The notes under the pieces were generated by a model. It did not search any database, was not told where the DNA came from, and saw only the letters and a program-made list of their open reading frames with translations. Source: Andalucia godoyi And28 (taxonomy: Eukaryota > Protista > Jakobida). Taken from it: a DNA stretch of 64,000 nt. The position numbers and the translations under genes are program-made. Position 1 is the stretch's first letter, and each line of letters begins with the position of its first letter. The DNA lies in assembly GCA_009859145.1 (NCBI GenBank), contig VRVR01000020.1:1-64000 (forward strand), read 5' to 3'. Below are positions 29,086 through 38,743 of this stretch, one piece after another.

Positions 29086-31368
29086 ATGTCTGCATGGGGT
29101 TCGCCGAAACGGCCGGTGCGACCACCGCCATCGACGCCTGGAACGAGCGGCTATCATTCTCCATACTATGGCTACAATGCAGCGGCGGGTGCAAGTGGTG
29201 GAGGAAGCTCGAATCCGTATTCTGGATCCAGTGCGCTCTACGAAGCAAAGTATTCTCCGCCCTACAGCACGCCGAACAACAATGCGCCACTGTACCAGCA
29301 TCCATACAACTCGCATGGTCTGTCACAGTCACACCAACAACAAGTACAACAACAAGCAGTGGGACCGTCGTCGTTTCAACCTGTACAACAGACACTGCTT
29401 GGATCATCGACGATGCGTGAACAGATTCTCGAGTCGAAGCTGCAGGCTGCACAAGACGAAATCCAGACGCTGCGTTCGGACTTGTCGCGGACTGCAGAAC
29501 GGGCCAGAGAAGCTGAAGTGAGTGTTGCGCGTCTTTCAGAACAGCTTCGTGAGGAGCATTCTAAACGCACAGAGGAAGCACGGGCTGCGACCACGCGCAT
29601 TTCTGCAATGCAGGCGGAAGCGCTGTCCAAGGATGAAGGCCATGCCAATGCAGTCCGAGATCTGCGAGGTCGTATCCGGGTCCTGGAGCGTGAACTTGCA
29701 AATTCGAGGCATGAGGCAGAAGCCGCGCAGGAAGTCGCAAAGAATCAGTCGCAGATTTTGGAGACCGCACATGCGTCGCATCGGGAAGAAGAAGAGAGGA
29801 TTCGCACGCTTTACGAATCCCGCGTGCATGAATTGGACTCGATGCGGCTGCGGGCAGAGGACAGGCTTGCACGGCTCGCTGAGCTGTTCAAGACGCACAT
29901 GGTGCACATGGACGATTGGACGTTCCCAGACTTCACGCCGCAAATTGCGCAGATCAACAGGCTCGGCGAAAGCGTATCGGCGTCGATTGCTCGCGTAGAC
30001 CGAAAGACTGCGGAAGACGCGCGGATGCTGAGAGACGTTGCACGAGATCTGATGGATGAGTCCCACAGCTTGCTGAACGACTACTCGGCCTTGCGGAAGG
30101 AACATTCATCGCTGTCGCAGCAGGTCGCCGAGCTGACGCCGGTTGCGCAGCATGCTGGAATTCTGCGGGAGGAAAATGCAGTTCTCATCCGAGAGCTGGA
30201 TAATGTGCGCGTGTCGTTTTCGGAGGACTTGCGGGTGGCCCGAGTGCAGATCGAGGACTTGCGTGACCGTATCGAGGAGCTGGATGCCGCACGGGAATCG
30301 GCGGTTTCGGAGAATACAAGGCTCACAGAGGCACTGCGCAGTGCTCAACAGGCCATTCAAGAGTATGAAAAGCGACGCGGCGAGGTGGATTTGAAGGTTT
30401 CAGACCTGTCAAGACGAAATGCAGAGCTTGCACATCGTACGTCGTACCTTGAAGACCAGCTGGCGAATCGCCAAGTGGAGCTGCAGTCCGCGCAAGTCGA
30501 ATTGACCAGCCTGCGTGGCAGATGCGAGAATGCAGAGAAGCTGGCGGATCGCTTGAACGACGAGCTTGCTTCAGAGCGCTCGCTTGTGAAGCAGGAAATG
30601 ACGCAAATGCAGATGCAAGTGGATGAGTACAAGCATACGTCTCGCAGAACGCAGGATGCGTTTGCGGATCTCCAGCGCACACACGATTCTTTACTTCAGC
30701 GGTACAACGATGAACGACTCCGGAATGAGGAAACGGCTGTCACCTTGGCAACCATGCGCGCAGACATGGAGAATGCACAGCGGCGAATTGCGCTCTTGCA
30801 AGCCCAACAAGAAGAGCAGCAGCGCTTGCTCGATGATCAAAGCAATGCGGCATCGAGCGACTCGACCGTTGCCATGCAATCGGAAATTCAGAGACTGGAT
30901 CGCACTTTGCGAAACAACCATCTCGAGATGGAAAGCCTCCGAGCCGAGCTCGAGACCACCCGTTCCAACCTTTCCGTCACACAGCAACACCGTGCCCAAC
31001 TTCAACGTGATCTTGAGTCTCTGCGGTCTGCTGCATCCTTCAACACGAATTCGCAAGCCGCACAGTTGTCCAAGGACAAGGAACGTGAATATGAACGGCA
31101 GATCAGTGAATTGCGGGACCACAATTCCAGGCTGCAGGCCGTGGCTGCGCAAGCACAAAACAGGACTCCCAACAATGATGTGGCACAGGAGCTGCGCAGA
31201 GAGATGGACGGTCAACAGCGCGCCCATGAGCGAACCGTACAAGAGCTTCGAGAAGTCAATGCAGAGCTGGCCACGCAGTTGAAACAAGCCCAGGCAATGC
31301 TGGCCCTGCAACGGATCGAGTCCGGCGCGTATCGTGGTCCTGTTCCGCCTCCCCCTCCTCCTGAATAA
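29086..31368 (+). CDS. Long coiled-coil protein with Pro/Tyr-rich N-terminus and poly-Pro C-terminus
   Basis: 760-aa ORF with heptad-like E/Q/R/L composition over ~600 aa; no catalytic motif seen. Confidence 0.8.
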   Translation: MSAWGSPKRPVRPPPSTPGTSGYHSPYYGYNAAAGASGGGSSNPYSGSSALYEAKYSPPYSTPNNNAPLYQHPYNSHGLSQSHQQQVQQQAVGPSSFQPVQQTLLGSSTMREQILESKLQAAQDEIQTLRSDLSRTAERAREAEVSVARLSEQLREEHSKRTEEARAATTRISAMQAEALSKDEGHANAVRDLRGRIRVLERELANSRHEAEAAQEVAKNQSQILETAHASHREEEERIRTLYESRVHELDSMRLRAEDRLARLAELFKTHMVHMDDWTFPDFTPQIAQINRLGESVSASIARVDRKTAEDARMLRDVARDLMDESHSLLNDYSALRKEHSSLSQQVAELTPVAQHAGILREENAVLIRELDNVRVSFSEDLRVARVQIEDLRDRIEELDAARESAVSENTRLTEALRSAQQAIQEYEKRRGEVDLKVSDLSRRNAELAHRTSYLEDQLANRQVELQSAQVELTSLRGRCENAEKLADRLNDELASERSLVKQEMTQMQMQVDEYKHTSRRTQDAFADLQRTHDSLLQRYNDERLRNEETAVTLATMRADMENAQRRIALLQAQQEEQQRLLDDQSNAASSDSTVAMQSEIQRLDRTLRNNHLEMESLRAELETTRSNLSVTQQHRAQLQRDLESLRSAASFNTNSQAAQLSKDKEREYERQISELRDHNSRLQAVAAQAQNRTPNNDVAQELRREMDGQQRAHERTVQELREVNAELATQLKQAQAMLALQRIESGAYRGPVPPPPPPE

Positions 31369-31409
31369 TCTCCCACGAGTGCGGGATGGCAGGGCATTTT
31401 TCCTGAAAA

Positions 31410-32765
31410 TCATTGATCGCTGTTCGTTGCGATGTGTAACCTTACGGCTTCTGCAAGTTTTGAAAATTCTTCCTTTGCGTTGTAAATGTGTGCAGACACA
31501 CGAACAAACAAGTTTCCATCAATGCATTTCACGGGAACCTCGATTTGGTGCTGAAAATGCAGCATGTCCTGCACTATGCATGCGTGCGCCGACGTAAACG
31601 AACCGACCGCCACTGGCGGCGGGTCAAACACGGACAGCGGAGGAAGCTGCACCAGAGTCATGGTCGGACAGCTCATTGTCAACGGCACAAACAGACCCGT
31701 TCGCCAAGCATCCATAAGCACTTGAGCACCAGTGTGCAGCAAACGCCCCATATAAGCGTGGGCGCGATTGGCAAACTCTGGACAGTTCCATATATGCAGT
31801 GTATGGATGAGCGCCACAAAGGCCGAGTAGTCTTGATTGCCATCCCAAATGAACTCGGACAACAAGCCGTGGCCTCTCCCGTGACTAACAATGGGATTGT
31901 GCGGATAGTCATTGGTGGGGAATTCTCGAACTGCAAGAAAAGCGCAGCCGCGCGGATTGGAAAACCACTTGTGGCAGTTGCCCACATAGTAGTCTGCGTC
32001 AATTTCCGCTAGATTCAAGCACGGAACAGAGCCAAGCGCATGCGCTCCGTCCACCAGCGTCCTAACACCTCTGGAACGACACAGCGAAACGAGCTGCTGC
32101 ACAGGATACAAGATTGCCGTGTTCGACGATATGTGGTCAAACACTGCAAGTGAGTACTTGCGCGGATTCTGGTCCAAATGCTTCCGAACACACTCGACCA
32201 CGGAGTCTGCAGACTGCAAATCGTCCATCTCCAAGTCGAGGACGCTTACTCGGCCATCCGAATAGTGTTCCGCCATCTTTTTCACCGCCCCATATTCGGT
32301 CACCAAGATCAACACGGAGAGCTCCGGGAGGTGTGAAGCAGCAGCATGCGAAAACGCTGCATTCAACGACTGTGTCACATTGTGAGTGAGGACCAGGTGA
32401 TGTGGCGTAACTTTCAGAAAAGATGCCAACTGTCGAGTGGCGTGCACAATCAAGGGAAACAGCTCGCGATCGATGCTCCGCAAAGGCTGGGACTCTGTGC
32501 GTCTTCGAAACAGTTCCGCACGTTCATAGGATGATTTGAAGCACGCCCCGAACGCACCATGATTCAAAAACGTCCACTGATCATCCAACATGAACATGCC
32601 AGTCTTTAAGTGAGTCCCAAACATCGACGGACACTCCATGTCGACTTGCGCCCCACAAAATGGATCGTTTGGTGCGACGTACTCCTCGTCCGAGAGACGA
32701 ATCAGTTTTTCCGGATCTTCCGAATGGAACGATCCAAACGCCTTGTACCCACTCTTCTTTTGCAT
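31410..32765 (-). CDS. Class V PLP-dependent lyase (L-cysteine desulfhydrase / isopenicillin N epimerase / Egt2-like)
   Basis: FLNHGAFG, FDHISS, VDGAHALG and GNCHKW (PLP lysine). Probable ATG at 32765. Confidence 0.88.
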   Translation of the reverse strand: MQKKSGYKAFGSFHSEDPEKLIRLSDEEYVAPNDPFCGAQVDMECPSMFGTHLKTGMFMLDDQWTFLNHGAFGACFKSSYERAELFRRRTESQPLRSIDRELFPLIVHATRQLASFLKVTPHHLVLTHNVTQSLNAAFSHAAASHLPELSVLILVTEYGAVKKMAEHYSDGRVSVLDLEMDDLQSADSVVECVRKHLDQNPRKYSLAVFDHISSNTAILYPVQQLVSLCRSRGVRTLVDGAHALGSVPCLNLAEIDADYYVGNCHKWFSNPRGCAFLAVREFPTNDYPHNPIVSHGRGHGLLSEFIWDGNQDYSAFVALIHTLHIWNCPEFANRAHAYMGRLLHTGAQVLMDAWRTGLFVPLTMSCPTMTLVQLPPLSVFDPPPVAVGSFTSAHACIVQDMLHFQHQIEVPVKCIDGNLFVRVSAHIYNAKEEFSKLAEAVRLHIATNSDQ

Positions 32766-32871
32766 TCCAGAAACTTTCAAGGATGGTTCACAAAAGCATT
32801 TTGTCTTTTTTGAAAGATGAAGAACGAAGGCAAAGAAGCAAAAAGGAAGGGGAAAAAATGATCGGCGAAAG

Positions 32872-32944
32872 TACACACGCCGGGATTCGAACCCGGGACC
32901 TCTTCCTTGGGAGGGAAGAATGCTAGCCACTACACCACGTGTGT
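32872..32944 (-). tRNA. tRNA-Gly(CCC)
   Basis: Cloverleaf on the minus strand: acceptor ACACACG/CGTGTGT, D arm GTGT-AGTGGCTA-GCAT, anticodon arm CTTCC-CTCCCAA-GGAAG, T arm CCGGG-TTCGAAT-CCCGG, discriminator A. A T6 terminator lies shortly downstream. Confidence 0.92.
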
Positions 32945-33174
32945 CGGATCACCAAGTACGGACCAACAATTCCTACAGACTACAGACTGTGCTCTGATTT
33001 TCCCCTTCAGATGGTGCTGCTTTTGTTTAACGGGTTTTTTAGTATATATGTATATATTTATTAATTATTATTTTTGTCTTATGTTTTAATAATTATTATT
33101 TGCGTATTCCGTTTGCTGCAGGGTAACTCAGGGTCCAGAGTGTTGTTTTTTCTCTTCTTGTTCTTCTAGTGTGC

Positions 33175-34935
33175 ATGGCTTCCGAAATTGCGGGACAATG
33201 CGAGTGTGTTCGGCTTGATGCAGCAGACGCGGAGTGGTTGAATGCATGTGTGTCGTTGTATATTCACATATTGCCTCATATTGGAAAACGGCATGCACGC
33301 AAGACTGTGTTTGAGCGGACGCGATTCTCATCGGCCCTCGTTCTGTCGGAAAAGTACATTCTTGAAAGTGTGCTGAGCAAGACGGCGGAGGCGATCGGTC
33401 TTGAAGATGACCGTATGAAACGGCTGTCCGATGACTACTTTAAAGAAGAATCAATTGCCTCGTCCGACTCGAGTTCATTTAGCTTTGATGAAGATGATCG
33501 CGAAGCTGACGATGATGATGATGATGAGGAGGAGGAGGAGGAGGAGGAGGAGGAAGAAGAAGAAGAAGAAGAAGAAGCGGGAGAAGCAGAAAGAGGAGGA
33601 TCTGAGACTGTAAGAGAGGCCTACGGTGATCACGGCAATGGGGAAGTTTGGGGGCATCTTGGCAAACTTTCGATCGACACAACTTCTGCTGGCCGTTCGC
33701 TCACGGGCATTGAGAAGCATTGTCGGTTGGAGGAGGAGCGTATTCGACAAGTGAATGCAAATTCAAAATTTCAAAAGGTTCTTCCGGACGGATCGCTGAC
33801 CGCAAAGTCCCGGATCGTGGCGTGCGCAACCTATGAGAGATTGTATGGACCAGACGGAGTGCCGTTTCTGAACATCTTGCTGGTTGGAGTTCGGTTGAAG
33901 TATCAACGCGAGAAGCTGGGGACGTTGCTACTGGATTCCGTCTTGAATGATCCGCGACTGGGAAACTGCAACGTAGCAGTGACGTATGCAGATGAGACTT
34001 CTATCCCGTTCTGGAAGAAGAATGGATTCGTCATTGACAGGGTGCTATCTTCAAAATACGTGGATCTAATTGAGAACTGGGAGAGCTCCGTGCTTATGTT
34101 GCGATTCCTCCTTTCATCCCCTCTGGCAAGTCCTTCGTACGTTGCCGCTCTGGATGTAGACATCAAGGTGGACAAATGGAGGACGCAGAAGTATGCAGCA
34201 TACCAGCAAGAAGTCTTCCTTATGGAATCGTTGAAGAGCGAAATCGCAACCCTTCGATCCCAGTTGTCTGCATGTCGGAAGGATCTCGCTGCCCATGACG
34301 ACGAAAAGCAACGCTTCCGCGGAGTCGAAGACCGAGCATTGCGCCGCATGCATGCCCTGTGCGACCTGTTTGACTTGCCTGACTTTGCAAGCCAACTCAT
34401 GGATTTGTACGTGGACGAAAATGATGCTCGATACACCTCGGTGCTTCAGGTTGTGCATTCATCCCTGCAGCGGCAGTATGGACCGTCGTGCTTTTCCATG
34501 CATTCTGCGGCCCCGTTTTCTTGCTTTCAAGCGGCACTCTCCGAGGACGCTGTCCAACACCACTTGGACTTCAAATCACATGCATCCGTGATCCGGGAAG
34601 GATGTGGACAACTGGTGGAGCTCACGCTGTTTCTCCCGGTGTCAACCCCGTTGTCGCTAGCTAGGATACTGTCACACGGATTCGATTCATCCGACATGAG
34701 CGTACTCGGCGACGTCTGTGCACTGTGCTTCACGTCATTTCCACCGCCGGACGCCCGCATTTCCGTTCTTGCAAAGGTGTTCTTGGGTGTGGTCTACACG
34801 AGTGGATCCGAGTCCTTGTCGGTGCCGGACTCAGCGCATGATTCCACCGTCTGGATCTCCGGGAATTCGAGCCCGCTGTTCTGTGTGTTTGACGTCCGTC
34901 AAGCCATACCTCAGTTTGGAGTGGTCCTCACCTAA
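33175..34935 (+). CDS. GNAT acetyltransferase, coiled-coil and degenerate PARP-like domain protein
   Basis: GNAT motif LLVGVRLKYQREKLGTLLL...YADETSIPFWKKNGF and a long Asp/Glu tract. C-terminus has ILSHGF...VLAKVFLG...DS...VFDVRQAIPQFGV, resembling a PARP catalytic fold. Confidence 0.75.
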   Translation: MASEIAGQCECVRLDAADAEWLNACVSLYIHILPHIGKRHARKTVFERTRFSSALVLSEKYILESVLSKTAEAIGLEDDRMKRLSDDYFKEESIASSDSSSFSFDEDDREADDDDDDEEEEEEEEEEEEEEEEEAGEAERGGSETVREAYGDHGNGEVWGHLGKLSIDTTSAGRSLTGIEKHCRLEEERIRQVNANSKFQKVLPDGSLTAKSRIVACATYERLYGPDGVPFLNILLVGVRLKYQREKLGTLLLDSVLNDPRLGNCNVAVTYADETSIPFWKKNGFVIDRVLSSKYVDLIENWESSVLMLRFLLSSPLASPSYVAALDVDIKVDKWRTQKYAAYQQEVFLMESLKSEIATLRSQLSACRKDLAAHDDEKQRFRGVEDRALRRMHALCDLFDLPDFASQLMDLYVDENDARYTSVLQVVHSSLQRQYGPSCFSMHSAAPFSCFQAALSEDAVQHHLDFKSHASVIREGCGQLVELTLFLPVSTPLSLARILSHGFDSSDMSVLGDVCALCFTSFPPPDARISVLAKVFLGVVYTSGSESLSVPDSAHDSTVWISGNSSPLFCVFDVRQAIPQFGVVLT

Positions 34936-35088
34936 TGAGAATCCAAGCGCATAATGGACGCTTACGCTTCACTATTTATGAACATCGCTTCCCGGGGAGG
35001 CATAACCCCAAAGCTGGAATCTCGAATCGCAAATCGCAACCAGTCCCGAATGGGTTGCTTGTCACTTTTTCTTCCTTCCCTCTTCCTG

Positions 35089-35496
35089 TCAAGATTGCAA
35101 TCCGAATTTTCGAAACGGAAACACTTTTTCCAGAGTTTGCTTTAGTGACAGGTGTTCGGGGAGCATAACCATCCGAATATGGCGAAACGAAACGTCCATT
35201 CTTGTAAAGTGCTGTACAGTTCTGCAATACGACGACCGAACATACGATCCATCCTCCAGTATCATATTGTGTTTTTCATCCACATACGCAAGCACGCCAC
35301 GAACTGTATGGCCGCTTCTCAGTTCCACAGACACCTCCTGACCCTCCAAACCATGCAAAACATACGTGCAGAAAAACGGCAAGTACCTCCTCCGCTTCGG
35401 TTTCTGCACCACCCGAGCTGCTGGAGCCGGTGTTGGGGCGGATGCGGTGGGATCTCCTTGATCCGAGTGTCGCATTGAGCCGCTATTTGACATCAT
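35089..35496 (-). CDS. LSM10: Sm-like protein, LSm10-like
   Basis: LHGLEGQEVSVELRSGHTVRGVLAYVDEKHNMILED...HIRMVMLPEHLSLKQTLE resembles LSm10 LQGLQGRVTTVDLR...NVRYVHIPDDVNITSTIE. Confidence 0.65.
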   Translation of the reverse strand: MMSNSGSMRHSDQGDPTASAPTPAPAARVVQKPKRRRYLPFFCTYVLHGLEGQEVSVELRSGHTVRGVLAYVDEKHNMILEDGSYVRSSYCRTVQHFTRMDVSFRHIRMVMLPEHLSLKQTLEKVFPFRKFGLQS

Positions 35497-35586
35497 CGCC
35501 TCAGACCATTTCTCAAAGTTTTTTCATAGTCCCCGTTCCCCCAAGCCCTCAAAATCACAAGAACAGCAAAAGAACGGGGCCGCGAA

Positions 35587-36459
35587 TTGTCCAAACCAGA
35601 CGACAGAACATCAGGAAACCTCGATCCAAAGCATTTGACGCTTGCCCAGCAAGTCCGTTTTTGTGCCGTTCCCGACCGTAGATCTTGGACATTTTTCTCA
35701 TTGACGCACACGCATTGCCTGGACGAGTGGAGCCATTGGCATCCTGGAGCACACACCGTAACGGGCGACTCGATACGGATGGCTTGGGTACGGATGCCTG
35801 AGAGCACTCCGCCACCAGCGCCGGATCCGGACTCGCCAGTGTTCAGAAGCCATGTTGAGCTGAGCCGGCGGGTGGATCGTGAGCTGAACCTGGACTGCGA
35901 TCCGCGTGATTTCGTCGTTCTGACAAGGCAGGAAGATATGCTACCGGGGGACCTGTGGACTGCAGGGTATCTGATGACGCTTCCGAGACCCGCGCGTGAT
36001 GATCCAAGTGCATGCGAGGTGGTGGAAGGCATAGGAGCACCGGCGATTCGAGTGGAGCCGCGCATGTTCGTGGACCGTCGTAACTTTGAGATGCTGTGCA
36101 ACGCGAATCCAGAGCGGCGAGATGCATATGAAAAATGGAGGATCCAGAAGCTGTTCGTCCCGCTTCCTTTCGCATCAATCCCTGCCGAGATCAGCAAGGC
36201 TGCTGACGATCCGATCCGCAAGGAATTTCTCATCGACTTGGAAATCACAAAGCAGCATCGGGTTGCCAGCCGAGTTGCTTGCGAGTACCCGGATCACTTT
36301 GCTGCGCTTGAAGACGGTGCTTTGCTGGTTCGCAAGAGAAGAAGAAGCAGGATTCCAAACAGCAGCTCGTCTTCTTTTGACGCGGCTTTTGCGTGTTCTG
36401 TTGCGTTGCGTCGGGTGGAGCAACTGCTGATGGATCTCGATTCACAGCCTCTTCTGTAG
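35587..36459 (+). CDS. Hypothetical protein; true start uncertain (first ATG at 35779)
   Basis: Long open frame with coding-like composition between LSM10 and a small ORF; family not recognised. Confidence 0.55.
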   Translation: MSKPDDRTSGNLDPKHLTLAQQVRFCAVPDRRSWTFFSLTHTHCLDEWSHWHPGAHTVTGDSIRMAWVRMPESTPPPAPDPDSPVFRSHVELSRRVDRELNLDCDPRDFVVLTRQEDMLPGDLWTAGYLMTLPRPARDDPSACEVVEGIGAPAIRVEPRMFVDRRNFEMLCNANPERRDAYEKWRIQKLFVPLPFASIPAEISKAADDPIRKEFLIDLEITKQHRVASRVACEYPDHFAALEDGALLVRKRRRSRIPNSSSSSFDAAFACSVALRRVEQLLMDLDSQPLL

Positions 36460-36576
36460 AAAACCCTCGCTGTTGTAACTTGTGAGAAGCGCAAATGTGC
36501 ATATGCACAGATCAAAAAAAAGTGTCTTTCTTCGGGACTGGTCTTGTTTTGTGGATGAAGCACAGGGTTTCGAGAA

Positions 36577-36747
36577 ATGAAGCCTAAGCTGTCAAGTCGG
36601 TTTTTGAAAAGTGTGCTTGGTCATGACGACGGAAAGATCACGACAGCAGATACGATTCCCATTCTTTGGTGGACCGGGTTTGGAGCGGCCGTTCTTTACT
36701 GGGGATACGAAAAGTGGGTGAAGCCAAAGCTAACGAAGCCTCAGTAA
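36577..36747 (+). CDS. Candidate 56-aa single-pass membrane microprotein
   Basis: MKPKLSSRFLKSVLGHDDGKITTADTIPILWWTGFGAAVLYWGYEKWVKPKLTKPQ: basic N-terminus, one TM, basic tail. Below the ORF-track size cutoff. Confidence 0.5.
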   Translation: MKPKLSSRFLKSVLGHDDGKITTADTIPILWWTGFGAAVLYWGYEKWVKPKLTKPQ

Positions 36748-36862
36748 ATCGACAACGCTACCACCCTGGAACAGGAGTGTCGGACGCTATCATGCTGTCA
36801 TATGTTCTCAAAAAGCTCACAGTCTGAATGAAATGATCGTTCCCTATCGTTTACCGCCTTTG

Positions 36863-36974
<112 letters not shown>

Positions 36975-37677
36975 TCTTTTTTAAAGCTGCTGATGTTCAG
37001 TTCGGATGGGGCTTTCTGTTGCGATTCACGAATAACATTGTGCTGCGACTGAGAGTCTAACCTTGACAATGCTCAGGCGATGAGGACACGCACTTGTGCT
37101 GAACTGCTTCTTCGCTCGACCGTTTTTCAAACGTCGTGTGTGACCCGTCCTATCGGAGAAACCACACCATAATGAACCACCCCTAACAGTAATGCCGACT
37201 CACTTTATTTGCAGGAAGACACGACTGACATGGTCGATGCCGCTAGGCAGGTCCTCGACCAGCGTAAATCGCGTCATTTTTCGGAAGACTCAGCAGCACG
37301 AAGCGAGTTCCGGAAGCACAGGAGGGAAATCCCAACTTCCTCCCCCACGCTGATACGAAAGACCGATTGGCCTAGCACAAACTGTCGTGTCTCCACCTGC
37401 AGTTGGGACAACTGGTGCCCGGTTGTTTTCTATTTCGTCGTTTCGTCGTTTCGTCGTTCCTTTTTGCTCATCCACGAGTTTGACACATTGCTAGCCGACC
37501 ACTTTCAGTCTGCGATTCGACTGAATGCAGTGGAACCTTCGCCGCGAGCTTCGTACGGTGAGACAAATTCGCATAAAGTTTGTCTGAGAGACAACGAACT
37601 GTAAATCATAGATTTTTTAATCGTTCCCCCCACGCGAGATGCATGTTGATTAACGTTCGTGAAAGCAAGTAAATGAG

Positions 37678-38075
37678 CCGCTCGCCAAAACATGAATCAT
37701 TATCGATGATCATCGGCTAAGCTGTCACCGAAGACCGATCCAAGCCACTTGTTTTTTGTGTTTATTTATTTGGGACGAGCACCAGCTCTTCAATGCAGAC
37801 TGCTCTGCATCAAAGGGTCATCGCAGCCACGAGCTTCTTGGTTCTCGGCATCATCGGGCATTGCCGGTTTGCGTTTGTTGGGAAGATCCCTCTTTGGAGC
37901 CATGAGATGTCTTGTCTTTGTCTCTGATGAAAGGTGCTGCTTGAGGGTTCGATTATGAAACACAAACAAACAGAAGGAATAATAGAGGAATAAGAAAAGT
38001 GAAGAAACAAAAAAATCTAGACCTGACTACTGTTAAACGTCGTATTTCTTTGAAGTTCAACATTGATAAGTCGTG
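37678..38075 (-). repeat. Dispersed repeat family A, copy 2
   Basis: Collinear blocks shared with 15556-16130; abuts the right end of the Fanzor-family copy at 38080. Confidence 0.75.
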
Positions 38076-38079
38076 GTTC

Positions 38080-38310
38080 ACGCCTGCATTGCACACGAAC
38101 CACGGAGAATCATCGCTGATCACCCATAATCAATGTTGCAACCCAACAACATGCATAATGCAACGCGGCGGCGTGTTTATAGGGCTTTCATGATCAAAAT
38201 GGGGCGAAACGAATCGGGCATCGTGTGACGGAGTTGCCAAGATAACAAACGCATGCGCATGGCGCGTGGCAGTGTGTTTGGTTACGTGTGCTTTAGATTG
38301 CTTCATCACA
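38080..38310 (-). mobile_element. Fanzor-family element right end plus internal block D (copy 3)
   Basis: 38080-38157 matches 13758-13834 (CCACGGAGAATCATCGCTGATCACCCATAATCAATGTTGCAACCCAAC) and ends in AGGCGT on the minus strand. 38200-38310 matches 59935-60024. Left boundary not defined. Confidence 0.7.
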
Positions 38311-38743
38311 CTGCTCTCCAACGCAAACCTCTCCGAATTTTCCCGTCACGCAGCTACAGCCTCATCCGGAGTCGTTGAAATAAAATGACTTTCAGAATCC
38401 GCATCAGCACCCATCAAATGTGCTATTTGAGTTGAATGTCAGTGGGTGTGCGCACCAAAATGGGCATAGTCGGGGGTTTCGTCAGAGCTCTCTAATTGAT
38501 GTTTTTTTATTAGAGGAACTTGAGAACGCATCCCCTACTTGAGTACCGGACTGCCGGACTTTGACAAAGGCGCCTCCAGCGGCCAAAAGGAAAAAACAGA
38601 AGATCGTTCGCCACGCTCTGAAGCGTGCGAGGAGCGATCGAACTCCACGGATTGCACATTTGCACAATATCACAGCACAGTACATGCTCCCATTAGAATA
38701 AGACAAGAAGAAGTCGTGTTTTTTGTTTTAAATTGGGTCTCAA

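Noticed and set aside
32766-32930. N-terminal extension of the PLP lyase in the ORF track
   Set aside because: It starts at a non-ATG codon inside the tRNA-Gly gene and runs through a low-complexity leader.
37209-37604. 131-aa plus-strand ORF as a gene or Fanzor fragment
   Set aside because: Non-ATG start, no TnpB/Fanzor or other motif; could be part of a spliced gene but cannot be supported.
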